Shown in pieces: positions 1 through 10,906 of a DNA stretch of 64,000 nucleotides; position 1 is the stretch's first letter; every line of letters starts with the position of its first letter. The DNA is from Leucoraja erinacea. Its lineage: Eukaryota. Below the pieces are notes generated by a model. It was not told where the DNA came from, searched no databases, and saw only the letters and a program-made list of their open reading frames with translations. The stretch covers positions 15,314,001 to 15,378,000 of the forward strand of contig NC_073402.1 of assembly GCF_028641065.1 (NCBI RefSeq), given 5' to 3'. A program made the translations under genes and the position numbers.

Positions 1-239
1 TTCAGTTTCAGCAGTACTTTGCCAAGGGCCTGTTCTGTGATAAACAAGGCCTCTATCCTAAAATGTCAAAGAAGGCATTCTTACACCCACTTGTCATCTA
101 TGTAACAAAGTGTTCTGTTAGCACTCGGCCTGAACTCTTTGCTGTCCTTCCTCGCATTATTAACAGTACAGGATAGGCCTGCCAAACGATCGCTATTTTT
201 TCCAGAACTGCACATTTAAATCGCAAAAGAGAAAAAATA

Positions 240-465
240 GGCTTGCACTTCCTTAGCATCTCTCACGTTTGTTGTAGGATCTCCGAGACTACTTTACAGT
301 TCATCAAGTACCTCTTGAGATATTGCCCCTGTTCAAATATGGTAGCCATTTTGCACTCAGAAAGCTTCCATAATCAGCAATTTAATTGACCAAATAATAT
401 ATTTAAGTGATGCTGATTAATTGAGAGCTGTTGGTCAGGCTACCAGAGATAACTCTCTACTTCAT
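240..465 (-). mobile_element. Old Deu-domain SINE (SacSINE1/AmnSINE1-like) 3' part
   Basis: The reverse complement resembles the DeuSINE central/3' region as I recall it (cctgaccaac...ttatttggtcaatt...ttgctg...aaaatggctacc...gtaaagt). Highly diverged; ends approximate. Confidence 0.45.
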
Positions 466-839
466 TGAGTTAGACTGATCATGGCCTCACTGGCTATCCA
501 ATGATAAATACATATTTTCAGGACACAGGGAACTGTAGACACTGGTGTTCAAAAAGGACACAAAGTGCTGGAGTAACTCGGTGGGAATATGTAGAGAGGT
601 GAAGACAGGTTTAGACAGATCACATTAGAGTTGAATAGTCCATCCACAATCAATAAGGCATAGCTGCTTAAACAAAGCATTCACACCGCAGTAGCCCAGG
701 AAGAAATCGCTGCCTCTAAAAGAGAAGACAAAGGGGTGTAATTTTGGAGGTTAATGACAAAATGGATGTGTTCAAAAGAAACACATCTGAAAAATCCTTG
801 ACCATGGATTTGTGGCAACAAGTGGGTCATGGATGTTCA

Positions 840-936
840 AAGGTACACAAAATTGCTGGAGAAACTCAGCGGGTCCAGCATGCATCTGTGGAGCGAAGGA
901 AGTAGGCGACGTCATGGCCGAAACCCTTCTTCAGAC
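840..936 (-). mobile_element. Penelope-derived short terminal-repeat unit with hammerhead-like core
   Basis: Minus strand reads CTGAAGAAGGGTTTCGG...GATGC...GCTGAGTTTCTCCAGC. Flanked by a 9-bp direct repeat GGATGTTCA (831-839, 937-945). Confidence 0.7.
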
Positions 937-1190
937 GGATGTTCATCTGGGAGCAACAAGAAAGAACCAGACTGAGGACTGCTGATGAACCCTTGAAAAA
1001 GAATAACTTCAACTGTATGACTTAAGGTCAATGGTGAAAAAGAGAAGCAACTACTCATCAACAGGACTCCATGATAAAGAATCTGAAGCAGGATCTTGAA
1101 GACGGAGTGACTCAGCAGGACAGGCAGTATCTCTGGAGAGAAGGAATGGGTGAAGTTTCAGGTCAAGACCCTTCTTCAGACTCAGTCAGG

Positions 1191-1981
1191 CAGGCACTAT
1201 CGCTATCAAAATATGGAGGGGACCGGGGGACAGAGGGGGACACAATTTCTTGGCGGCAGTGCGCGCATGCGCACACTCACACACATGCGCGAGGCTTCGT
1301 TGGCTCAATCCAGCGCTAAATGCAGCTCAACTGCCTGTATCGCCGTGTTAACCTACAGCCCTGCCTGGACTGATGGGACACCAGCGCTGCTTCTCCACGC
1401 TGGCTGTAAGCCTGGGCCATATTTCTCGCAAGTCCAGGCAGGGCTGTAGGTTAACCTGGTGGGACAGGCAGAGTTGAGCTGGGTTTTGCGCTGCTTCTTG
1501 GCACTGGCTGTGGGCCTGGGGGCGCCGCGCCCGTCTGACTCCCGACCTCTCTGGCCACCCGTGGGGGGGGGCACTCGTGTGGGGACGGGACAGCGCTGGA
1601 GAGCCGGTATCTATCCTGACTGTGGATGAGGCACGGGTCTGTGCCGAGTGTGTTTTGGCACGTCCCCTCCTCCAATCACCGCGCTCTATCCTCAGTCCCC
1701 CCCCCCCCCTTCTTCTTCCTCTGACCGACACATCCCTTCCTCCAATGATCGCGCTGAATCATCATGTCCCACTCCCATTGCCTGCTGACCGACGTCCCTG
1801 TCGTCCAATCGGCGCCCTTGATCAGCAGTCCCACCCCCGCTGTCTCACGGAAAGCGGAGATTTCACCGGGTTTTAAAATCCGGATTACAAAAACTTGGGG
1901 GGGGGGGAGTGGGATCGTCCCCCACCTCTCAAAACAGAGGGGGGACATGTCCCCCCTGGCCTCCCCGGGATTTCCACCCTG
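1191..1981. mobile_element. Non-autonomous hAT-like DNA transposon (MITE)
   Basis: Perfect 8-bp TSD CAGTCAGG (1183-1190, 1982-1989); CAGG...CCTG termini; subterminal AGGGGGAC motifs near both ends; GC-rich non-coding interior. It interrupts a Penelope-derived repeat (~1100-1190, continuing after 1990). Confidence 0.75.
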
Positions 1982-2000
1982 CAGTCAGGGAACAGAGTGA

Positions 2001-2148
2001 CTTCTTCTTCTTCTTTTTTCGTGTGGCGTGCACAGCCTAAAGTTGTTGGACAACTTGTTGTTCTATTTGATCTTCCGTTTGTGCACGTCGAGTTGATTGC
2101 ATTAGTCGAAACAGGGTGGACCACGTGAAGGTTGCAATCTTCCACCCC
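2001..2148 (-). mobile_element. Short SINE-like retroelement with a 5' HDV-like ribozyme and (GAA)n tail
   Basis: Minus strand starts GGGGTGG and ends CACGCCACACGAAAAAAGAAGAAGAAGAAG. A second copy lies at 9540-9661. Possible decayed TSD GAACAGAGTGA / GAAGAGAGAGA (9/11 match). Confidence 0.8.
2095..2148 (-). ncRNA. Minimal HDV/CPEB3-like self-cleaving ribozyme (predicted)
   Basis: GGGGUGG-AA-GAUUGCA-ACC-UUCACGU-GGU-CCACCCU-G-UUUCGA-CUAA-UGCAAUC. P1 has 7 bp with a G1-U wobble, P2 7 bp, P3 3 bp; L3 is UUCACGU; P4 is reduced to a UUCG loop; J4/2 is CUAA with the candidate catalytic C. Confidence 0.85.
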
Positions 2149-2539
2149 GAAGAGAGAGACGTAGAGATATGGAAGGGTAAGTTGGCAAAATGACAGACCA
2201 AAGTGGATGATGATCAAGGGAAATGCAAAATGGTTTATTATTAGCTCACTGCAGTATCTCACTGGACTAGATGAAGTATTTATCTCCAAGGGCATTTAAT
2301 TGACAGGAGACCTTGGGGCCAAATTAATATGTAGAGAAGTGAAGACAGGTTTGGACAGATCACAGTTATAGATGGTGCATTGCACATTGAACGATGAATG
2401 TGAGAGAGGTGTGTGGGGATGAGGGAACACCTTCCCTTGTGGTGGACAAACTACTTATGATGTGTTTTAAATATGATTTGCTTTTGGGTATCTATTCTCC
2501 AAAGTAGTATGACCCCTAATTGAATTTTATTTGGCACTA

Positions 2540-2763
2540 TGGGCCTGTCGCACTTAGGCAAATTTTTAGGCGACTACAAGCACTAGTTGTCGCCAGGTTA
2601 ACGTAGATTGTCGCCGGTGCTGACTCCATTTTTCTTTGTTGCTAAAGTAATGATTTCAAAATTTATGTCGAAGTGGGGTCCAGTCGTCGGTTTTTCGGTG
2701 ACCTGCTACGACTATGACAGTCGCTGGCAGTCACCTAAAAATAGCCTAAGTGGGACAGGCCCA
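2540..2763. mobile_element. PIF/Harbinger-like MITE
   Basis: TIR TGGGCCTGTC(G/C)CACTTAGGC ... GCCTAAGTGGGACAGGCCCA; flanks CTA/TTA resemble a TWA target. Confidence 0.7.
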
Positions 2764-4294
2764 TTACTCTTCTCCGATCGGTCTTCAATCCAGAGGCATA
2801 AGATGGTGGTTCTACTGCTCGATTAGAAAAACAAATCTGCTCTATCAAATAGCAATGAAATTTGAAAAGCATTGAGTACCGTAGTGTTTATAAATGCAAC
2901 TCAATAATTTCAGTCAGACAGCAAGGCAACAGTGTGAGAAGGTCCCAGATCCCATCAGTAAATGTAGACTGCAGCTTTGTGATTCATTACGGGTTAAAAT
3001 ATGATACTAGATGTGCTGATGGAAGGGCCCGAATACTTTACCTGTTCTGGCATTGGCAGCTGCTTTCAGACTTGTTCAGACACTCCAGCTGCCATCCTGG
3101 AAAACAATTATTACACTTATGAAGAAGAAATCCAGAGTGAGCAACCCTTAAAATGACAGCTTGGATTATTTCGATGCTTAAAACAGTTTAAAGGGATGGG
3201 AACTTGGGTAGAGATAGAAAAACAGAGCAAGGCTATCAACTCCACAAACTTTCCGACCACACAGTCAGATCGCAGCTGATCTGTATCATAGCTCCAGCCT
3301 AGGGCTGAATTGCCTGTAAAATATGTACAAAATCATTTGCTCCTGTAAACCAGATTCAATCCTGACATTCGGTGCTATCTGTCATTCTCCGTGTGACCAC
3401 ATGGATTTCCACCAGAGTGCTTCGGATTCTTTCCAGTTGGGGAGTGAGTTGGCCACTGTGAATGGCTGCTGGTGGAGTGGGTGATAAAATCTGAAGGAAA
3501 TGCCTATCTTTGGTGTAAACCAACATCTGCAGTTCCTTCCGACAATGCAAGCAGGTGTTTGGTTGTTAGCATGAACTAGATGGGTCGAGCAGCCTATTCC
3601 TGTATTTCATGACTCCTTGGCTCTGTGCAGGAAATGTTGTGGCTACTGTACACATAGCAAACTCCCACAAATGCCTCGTAACATTAAATTCTTCTATCAT
3701 GTCTCCGATGTTCTAGAAAAAAAACCAATCTAAGTTTGCCCAACCTCTCTTTATAGCCAATATACCGTCTTCTGCACCCTTTCCAAAGCCTCCACGGACT
3801 TCCTGTAATGGGGCCACCAGTACTCCAGATGCGGCCTAAGCAAAGTGCCATAAAGCTGTAACGTGACTTCCTGACTCTTCTACACAATGTCCTGACCGAT
3901 AAAGGTAAGCCTAACAAATGCCTTGTTTTCCACTCTATCTACTTGTGATGCTGCTTTCAGGAAGAATTGCCACTTTCAGGTTTAGTCAATTAGCTTTGAG
4001 TCTAAATTTTCATTTCATTTTATTGATTCATTCATTTTATTGAAATATTAAAAGTGTCCTTGAGGATTATTTGATAATAATTGAGTTGCTCGATATTTAT
4101 CCTTCATCCACCATTACTCAAATAGATTATTAGTGCATTATTAATCTATTTTATTTGGTGAATGTAATCGTCTATGAGACATTCAAAAAAATGTAAAAGG
4201 TTCAGAAAGTAATATATAAACATATCTTTCTTTCTTTGCACAATCTCTGCATGTTGCTTCTCCCAAAATGCATAACTATGTTAAACTTCAATGT

Positions 4295-4558
4295 AAGGCA
4301 CAAAAAGCTGGAGTAACTCAGCGGGACAGTCAGCATCTCTGGAGGGAAGGAATGGGTGATGTTTCGGGTTGAGACGTGTCTTCAGACTAAAAGACATGGG
4401 AACGAGAATGCCTTTCCTGTGACTCAGCCTGAAGAAGGGTCTCGACCCAAAACATCACCCACTCCTTCTCGCCAGAGATGCTGCCTGTCCTGCTGAGTTA
4501 CTCCAGCTTTTTGTGTCTATCTCAGTTTAAACAGCATCTGCAGTTCCTTCCTATACAC
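4295..4558. mobile_element. Penelope-derived foldback element (inverted pair of terminal units)
   Basis: Arms ~4296-4388 (-) and ~4425-4558 (+); perfect 14-bp TSD TTAAACTTCAATGT (4281-4294, 4559-4572). Confidence 0.75.
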
Positions 4559-4847
4559 TTAAACTTCAATGTCACGTGACTGCCCATTTCACCAGTGTAT
4601 GTTCTCCAGCTCATCTGTAAACGTCACATGTTTGCTCTTTAGCTCAGTAACATATAACAAATTTTATTTTCAAAAAGGCCACATGCAGTTTACATCATTT
4701 TTATTTGAAGTGAATCCTGCTGCTGAAGATTGTTTTATTGCTGCCTTACAAATATATCTGTGCATTGAAATCATTCATTTCAAGTAGAATGCAAATTCAT
4801 TGACACATGCAAAAAATATTCTTGCAAATTATAGTTAAGAGCTAAAT

Positions 4848-5181
4848 TCATAGGTTATAGGATCAGAATTAGGTTATTTGATCCATCGAGTCTACTCCAC
4901 CATTCAATCATGGCTGATATATCTTTCCCTCTCAATCACATTCTCCTACCTTCTCCCTATAATCCCTGACACTCTCACTAAACAAGAATCTGTCAATCTC
5001 CACCTTAAAAATATCCATTGACTTGTCCCTCTCAGCCGTCGGTGGCAATGAATTCCTCAGATTCACGACCCTCTGACTAAATAAATTCCTTCTCATCTCC
5101 TTTCTAAAGGTACATCCTTTTATTCTGAGGTTATTCCACTCTCCCACTAGTGGAAACATCCTCTCCACATCTACTCTATCA
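4848..5181 (-). mobile_element. CR1 LINE 3' fragment
   Basis: Translates to the CR1 ORF2 C-terminus (FPLVGE..LRIKG..FRKEMRRNLFSQRVVNLRNSLP) plus the 3' UTR. Confidence 0.85.
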
Positions 5182-5979
5182 GTTTATCTAACGGTGTAAC
5201 TATTTAAAATCTGCTATGAAGTTTGTTGCAAATGTTTGGACAGACTCAGATAGGGTATGCTGCAAACTGTACTGCTATATTTAGGAGGATCACGTTGTTA
5301 ATCTTTGACACAAAGACCTTGGTGTTTGTGTTTTGGTTGCAAAAGATATGCCCATGGGTAGAAAAACATTTGAATGGACGAAATGTGCATATTTGGTCAA
5401 AATAATGCAATTGGGATTGATGAGCAGTGAAAGATTAAATTTTGTTCCAACAGGAAATTGCGGGCTGCTCTGAACATTACAACTGTATAACAAAGTGAGA
5501 TATGTACGAGGCCAATGGATGGTGCATGTGATTTTGGGGTGGGTATCATCAGCAATTTTGCCTGCAAAATAATTGTTCCAAGGCTACAATGGAATATTGA
5601 ATTTTCCTGCTGTTTTGTAGTTTCCAAATTGTAATTTTCTCCCACTCTTTGAAATTCAATAACTTTCTCTTGATTATGTAAACACGGCCTCCAGAATCCC
5701 TAAAAGCACACTTTCCAAAAGGGTCATTAGACAGAAAGAAAAACAAGAAACATTAGCTGATGTTTCCCTCATCCAGATGTACTGAGCCTGACTGAAGCTT
5801 TCCCCCAACCCCAACAGCTGTGACCCTGGCTGACATCAACCACAGCACAGTCCAAGGACGTACGTCACACCACCTGTTATGAGTTGTACATCACCTTTGG
5901 AGGTGTTGCATTTCTCTGTCAAAGTATCAGTGCGCTAAGTTTCCACCACACTCCTTTGAATCTTTATTGAACCCCAATT

Positions 5980-6343
5980 CATAAGGTCATAAGTGATAGG
6001 GGAAAAATCAGGCCATTCGGCCCATCAAGTCTACTCCACCATTCAATCATGGCTGATCAATCGTTCCCTTCTAACCCAATTCTCCTGCATTCTCCCCATA
6101 ACCCTGACACCCATACTAATCAAGAATCTATCCATCTCTGTCTTGAAAATATCCACTGATGGCCCGATGGCCTCCTACGGCAAAGAATTCCACAGAATTC
6201 CACAGATTCACCACCCTCTGACTGAAGAAATTCCTCCCCATCTCCTTCCTAAAGGAACATGCTATAATTCTGAAGCTGTGACCTCTGGTCCTAGACTCTC
6301 CCACTATTGGAAACATTCTCTCCACATTCACTCTATCCAAGCC
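5980..6343 (-). mobile_element. CR1 LINE 3' fragment
   Basis: GLDRVNVERMFPIVGESRTRGHSFRI...FFSQRVVNLWNS plus the 3' UTR. Confidence 0.85.
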
Positions 6344-7139
6344 AAGTTCTAACCACACTTTCAATAAAGTGGCTATAATCACGTACAGCATGTCAAACAA
6401 CTTCATAAACGAGCCTGCCGCTCTTGCAATTATTTCCTCTCACGATGCATTCCTATCCTTAATTAGTTTTGCTAGAAACGAGCTCACCTAGAATCATATT
6501 TTTACCCGATGATGGATGAAGAAGCAAATTGCTTCTTATGCTTATTATAAGACCTGTATGTGGATAGCTATTTATTTTAATAAAGTGAGTTATCTTCATC
6601 AGAATTACATGTTCCTCCCTGTGCATTGAGCTACCTATTTGGTCTCAGTTGCTTGGAATGCTTTCAATGAATACTGTGGAATGCATCTTACCGAAGCCTC
6701 CCCAGTGTAGTAGTTTTGATTAATACGAGCAGCAGAAGCCCAAGTGCAGACCCCTATGGAGGAGAAACCCCAAACTATTTATCATTTCTATTTAATTGAT
6801 TAGATTTTTCATTTCGGGCTTCTGTTTTTAATGTGATGTCCTATGGGTAAGGCATAACAATGTAGCATTAGGGATGAAACCTTTCCCTATGTGGAATTAC
6901 ATATTACATGCTATCTGCACACACAAAATCAGGCCAATTGGTCTCCACCACCAAATATAAATTCTTCTTCTTATCTAGTCCACACAGATTGGATTAGCAG
7001 TTGCTCAGCCATAGCTGAACACAATTCTCGGCACCTGCATACAATGGTGTCTGCTTTGTGCTCCTTGTGCGTGGTGGTGAAGATTGGTGAACACAGGGCC
7101 GTGACGCGAACACTCTTTCCTGGACCCCACCAAATATAA

Positions 7140-7482
7140 ATCATTATATATTATTATATTATACAGAAATTACACATAAATTTTGCAAGTCAGTAAAAAG
7201 TAAAATACCGTGCAATAAACGTCATTAGTGCTGAAAAAAACAACAAGTACATGGTAGTGCAAAAGGGGGTGCATAGTGTTCCATTACAGAGGTAGGATTA
7301 GGGTTGTGCAGGTCAGTTCAAGAACCTGATAACTGTAGGAAAGTAGTTATTCTTGAACCTGGTAGTGTGCGATTACAGGCTTCTGTACCTCCTGCCCATA
7401 GGTAACGGCGAGAAGGCGGCTGTTTCATCCCAGATGTTTGGGATCCTTGATTAGAGATGTCGCCTTCTTGAAACAATGCCTG
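7140..7482 (-). mobile_element. Rex1/Babar LINE 3' fragment (old)
   Basis: Similar to the 3' coding end of the element at 39300-40340 (IKDPxHxG...LLPxGRRYRS...RFKNNYFP). Confidence 0.65.
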
Positions 7483-8784
7483 AACCTTCCTGTCCTGTCC
7501 CTACCTCTATTAAATCCAAACTGTGTGGATTTGACATCAAAGCAGAAAATGATGGAAACTGCCAACAGGTTAAGCCATGTCTGTGGAAAGTGATATGGAG
7601 TGAATGTTTCAGTCTGAGACCCTCTGTCTGAAAATTTCATTTTGAAAGTGTCTAAGTTGGCTTGCATTGGTGTCTTAATGTCTTTTAAGGTATTAACCTC
7701 CCATCTGATCCAAACATTCTTAAGATGCCCATCCAGCATTTTTTTAAACATTGAAACATAAGGAATCCTTTCACTTTCAACTGTGAAATGCTACATTTAA
7801 ATATCTTCCATAAGATATAGTAGAGATTGACAGATTCTTCATTAGTAAGGGTGTCAAGGGTTATGGGGAGAGGGCAGGAGAATGGGGTGTGAGGGAAAGA
7901 GATCAGCCACGATTGAATGGCCTAATTCTGCTTATGCGACATATCAGAACATTTATTTTTGTCACAAACCTAAATCACAATGTTAAATCTGACATAAGTT
8001 TATAATCAGGGCACATGAATTCTCCTAGCTTCAGATTGTTCGTTGTATCTCGATTGCCTTGATTAGTGCATGAGACAGTCTTTAGTGTGAAGATTAATGC
8101 ATGAGGCAGTGATCAATGGGATGATTCATGCATGAGGTAGTATACTAGGAAAGTAAAAGGCAGAGCAGCAAATGGGAGGGTACTTACTGAGAGAGAGGGC
8201 AGCCAAGGGCAGCAAAGGCCAGCAGGGCAGGTCCATTTATTTAAGATTTCCCTTTAGTTCCCGAGGAATTAATTCCATGTGAAAGAAACAGATATTGCTT
8301 CATTCATTGCTACTAAACAGATTAATCACAAATTAAATCAAGAGTGTGTAAGAAGAAACTGCAGATGCTGGTTTAAACCAAAGATAGACGCAAAAAGCTG
8401 GAGTAACTCAGCGATACAGACAACATCTCGGGAGAGAAGGAATGGGTGACGTTTCATGATGAGATCCTTCTTCAGAGCATACGTTTAATTCTAATCATGA
8501 TTCTTGAAACTTCAGGTAACCATTTCATAAACGACGATGGATTGCTCTATGGCACTCATTTTGAGGCAATGCAATCCTTTGATGATTTAATCTTGAAGTT
8601 CACAATTTTTTCTCTGTAAAAACATCAAATAGCAGAACAAGCACTGACCTGTTGCAGACATTCTGATCAGAATGTGAATGGTGGTAATAATAATAAATGA
8701 CTACATGTTTCAGTCAGGATATGTACTCTGACACTGACACCGTTTATGTCAAATGTCACGGGTGCTAACTTGGGATTTTTATGT

Positions 8785-9233
8785 CATAGAGTCATAGAGT
8801 GATACAGTGTGGAAACAGGCCCTTTGGCCGAACTTGCCCACACTGGCCAACCAGCCCCAGCTACACTAGTCCCACCTGCCTGCGCTTGGTCCATATTCCT
8901 CCAAACCGGTCCTATCCATGTACCTGTCTAACTGTTTCCTAAAAGTTGGGATAGTCCCAGCCTCAACGACCTCCTGTGACAGCTTGTTCCATACACCCAG
9001 CACCCTTAGTGTGAAAAGGTTCTCCTTCAGATTCCTATTACATCTTTTCTCCTCCACCTTGAACCTACAGTATGTCCTCTGGTCCACAATTCCCCTACTC
9101 TGGACAAGAGATTCAGTGCGTCTACCCGATCTATTCCTCTCATGATTTTATACACCTCTATAAGGTCACGCCTCACCCTCCTGCTCCCCAAGGAATAGAG
9201 ACCCAGCCTACTCAACCTCTCCCTGTAGCCCAC
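8785..9233 (-). mobile_element. CR1 LINE 3' fragment (second subfamily)
   Basis: YRERLSRLGLYSLG.RR.R.DLIEVYKIMRGIDRVD...GVWNKL; (CTCTATGA)n-type tail. Confidence 0.85.
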
Positions 9234-9539
9234 ATGTAAGAAATCACATAAACATTTCTGAAGCGCAAAACGCTGGCCTTGATCTTGGAAAAAACTGTAA
9301 AGGAGAGAAAATCAAAAAACGTCTCACACCTTAACTGTTAACACTGTTTCCCTCTCTGCAGCCTAACCTGCTAAGTGTTCCCGTCAATTTCTGTTTGGAT
9401 ATTGGTAAAGCAGAGAAATTGATTGGAAGTAGATTTTTGAAATCACGAAGGAAGACAGTAAAATACATGGAGCTGGCCAAGGAGTTTGAAAGAAAGTCTA
9501 GAGTAATCCTGTAATGGGGTTTGCTACTATTTAGAGAGG

Positions 9540-9661
9540 CTTCTTCTTCTTCTTCTTCTTGCGTATGGCGTGCACAGCCTAAAGTTGTAGGACAACTTGT
9601 TCTATTTGATATTATTTGATTGTGCGCTATTCGTCGAAACAGGGCGGACCACATGAAGGTT
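9540..9661 (-). mobile_element. Second, 5'-truncated copy of the HDV-ribozyme element
   Basis: Shares the 3' body (GGCGTGCACAGCCTAAAGTTGT..GGACAACTTGT) and (GAA)n tail with 2001-2148. Retains ACC-UUCAUGU-GGU-CCGCCCU-G-UUUCGA-CGAA but has lost the P1/P2 5' strands. Confidence 0.8.
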
Positions 9662-10753
9662 CCATATAAGATAATTGAGAGCAAGAGTAAACTACCTCAA
9701 TTGGACAGAGTTTGCCATTAAAAAATAAGTACCAATATTAATGTGGGACTTCATATAAATGAGAAAGGAGGCTGTGTGGCGTTTTAAATTAGGTGTACTA
9801 TGAGAAGTTCTGAAGGCTGGTTGAAGGAAAGCTGGAGACCATTCACAATCTACTAGAGATTGTGTAAAGTTGTATCTGTAGCCCAGTCTGTCACACAGAT
9901 CAGACTTCCCACCATTGATCCATCGACACTACATGCTGCCTCGGGAAAGCAGCCAACATAATCAAGGACACTTTTTACCTTGGCCATTCGCTCTTCTTAT
10001 TTCTCCCCTCGGGGCAAAAGATACAAACGCTTGAAATCAAGTAGCACCACTCAGGAACAACTTCTTCCCATCTGTTATCTGAACAGAGGGGACACAGCTC
10101 CTTCATGCTCGCATGTAGTCCTGATTCTCCACACTAGCTCATTGCAGACTTCTGGAACTAATGGTGTAACCTATATTCTACACTCTACTATTTTTCTCTT
10201 TCCACTTCCTGTGTTCTTGCATCAGCTTGATTGTACTCATGTGCAGTGCGATCTGATTCAATGCAACCTAAATGGCAAATATTGCAAGTTATATTAAGGA
10301 AGGAACACAATGGACGTTAACACATTCTAATAGTATATATTGCATTGATAGTACAATGAAGGTAGGGAAAGACATATACTGATTGTATTTGCTCCCTGAA
10401 TATTATGAATAAAGTATAATTTAAAAATATAAGGAATAGAAAATGCAGTTATGTTCAGAGCTAAGCAGCCCCCAGCTATTCACTTAAAATTCTATCATTC
10501 CATCATATCTCGCTGAGAATAATGGTGAATCATAACGGATTTAACAAGAAGAAGTTACGAAAAAAACCTAATCCGTAGTTATGATTAGGCCTTGCTCCAA
10601 GGACTCCAGGGATCCCGATTTGATTCAGACCGTAGGACCTACCAGTGTGGAGTTAGTATTTGCTTTGTGTGGATTTCCTCTGATTGCTCTGGTTTACTCC
10701 CATAATCCCAAAAGGCCACTATGTTACCCTGATGTAGGTAAGAGGCAAGTAGG

Positions 10754-10906
10754 TATATCAGCCACTTGGTTTGATGTGCAGTTAGGAGAGAAAATCAAAA
10801 AAGCGTCTCACACCTGAACTGTTAACACTGTTTGCCTTTCTGCAGCCTAACCTGCTAAGTGTTCCCGTCAATTTCTGTTTGGATATCAAACCAAGTGGCT
10901 GATATA
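10754..10906. repeat. 22-bp inverted repeat enclosing a ~100-bp copy of 9301-9402
   Basis: Arms TATATCAGCCACTTGGTTTGAT (10754-10775) and ATCAAACCAAGTGGCTGATATA (10885-10906); 10784-10886 is near-identical to 9301-9402. Confidence 0.85.

Noticed and set aside
1071-2295. Overlapping 70-136 aa ORFs
   Set aside because: Stop-poor GC-rich MITE interior with no transposase motifs.
8040-8340. Motif-rich unique sequence (ATGCATGAGG repeated), also 33050-33560 and 41050-41350
   Set aside because: These may be conserved non-coding elements, but nothing in the sequence alone supports a call.
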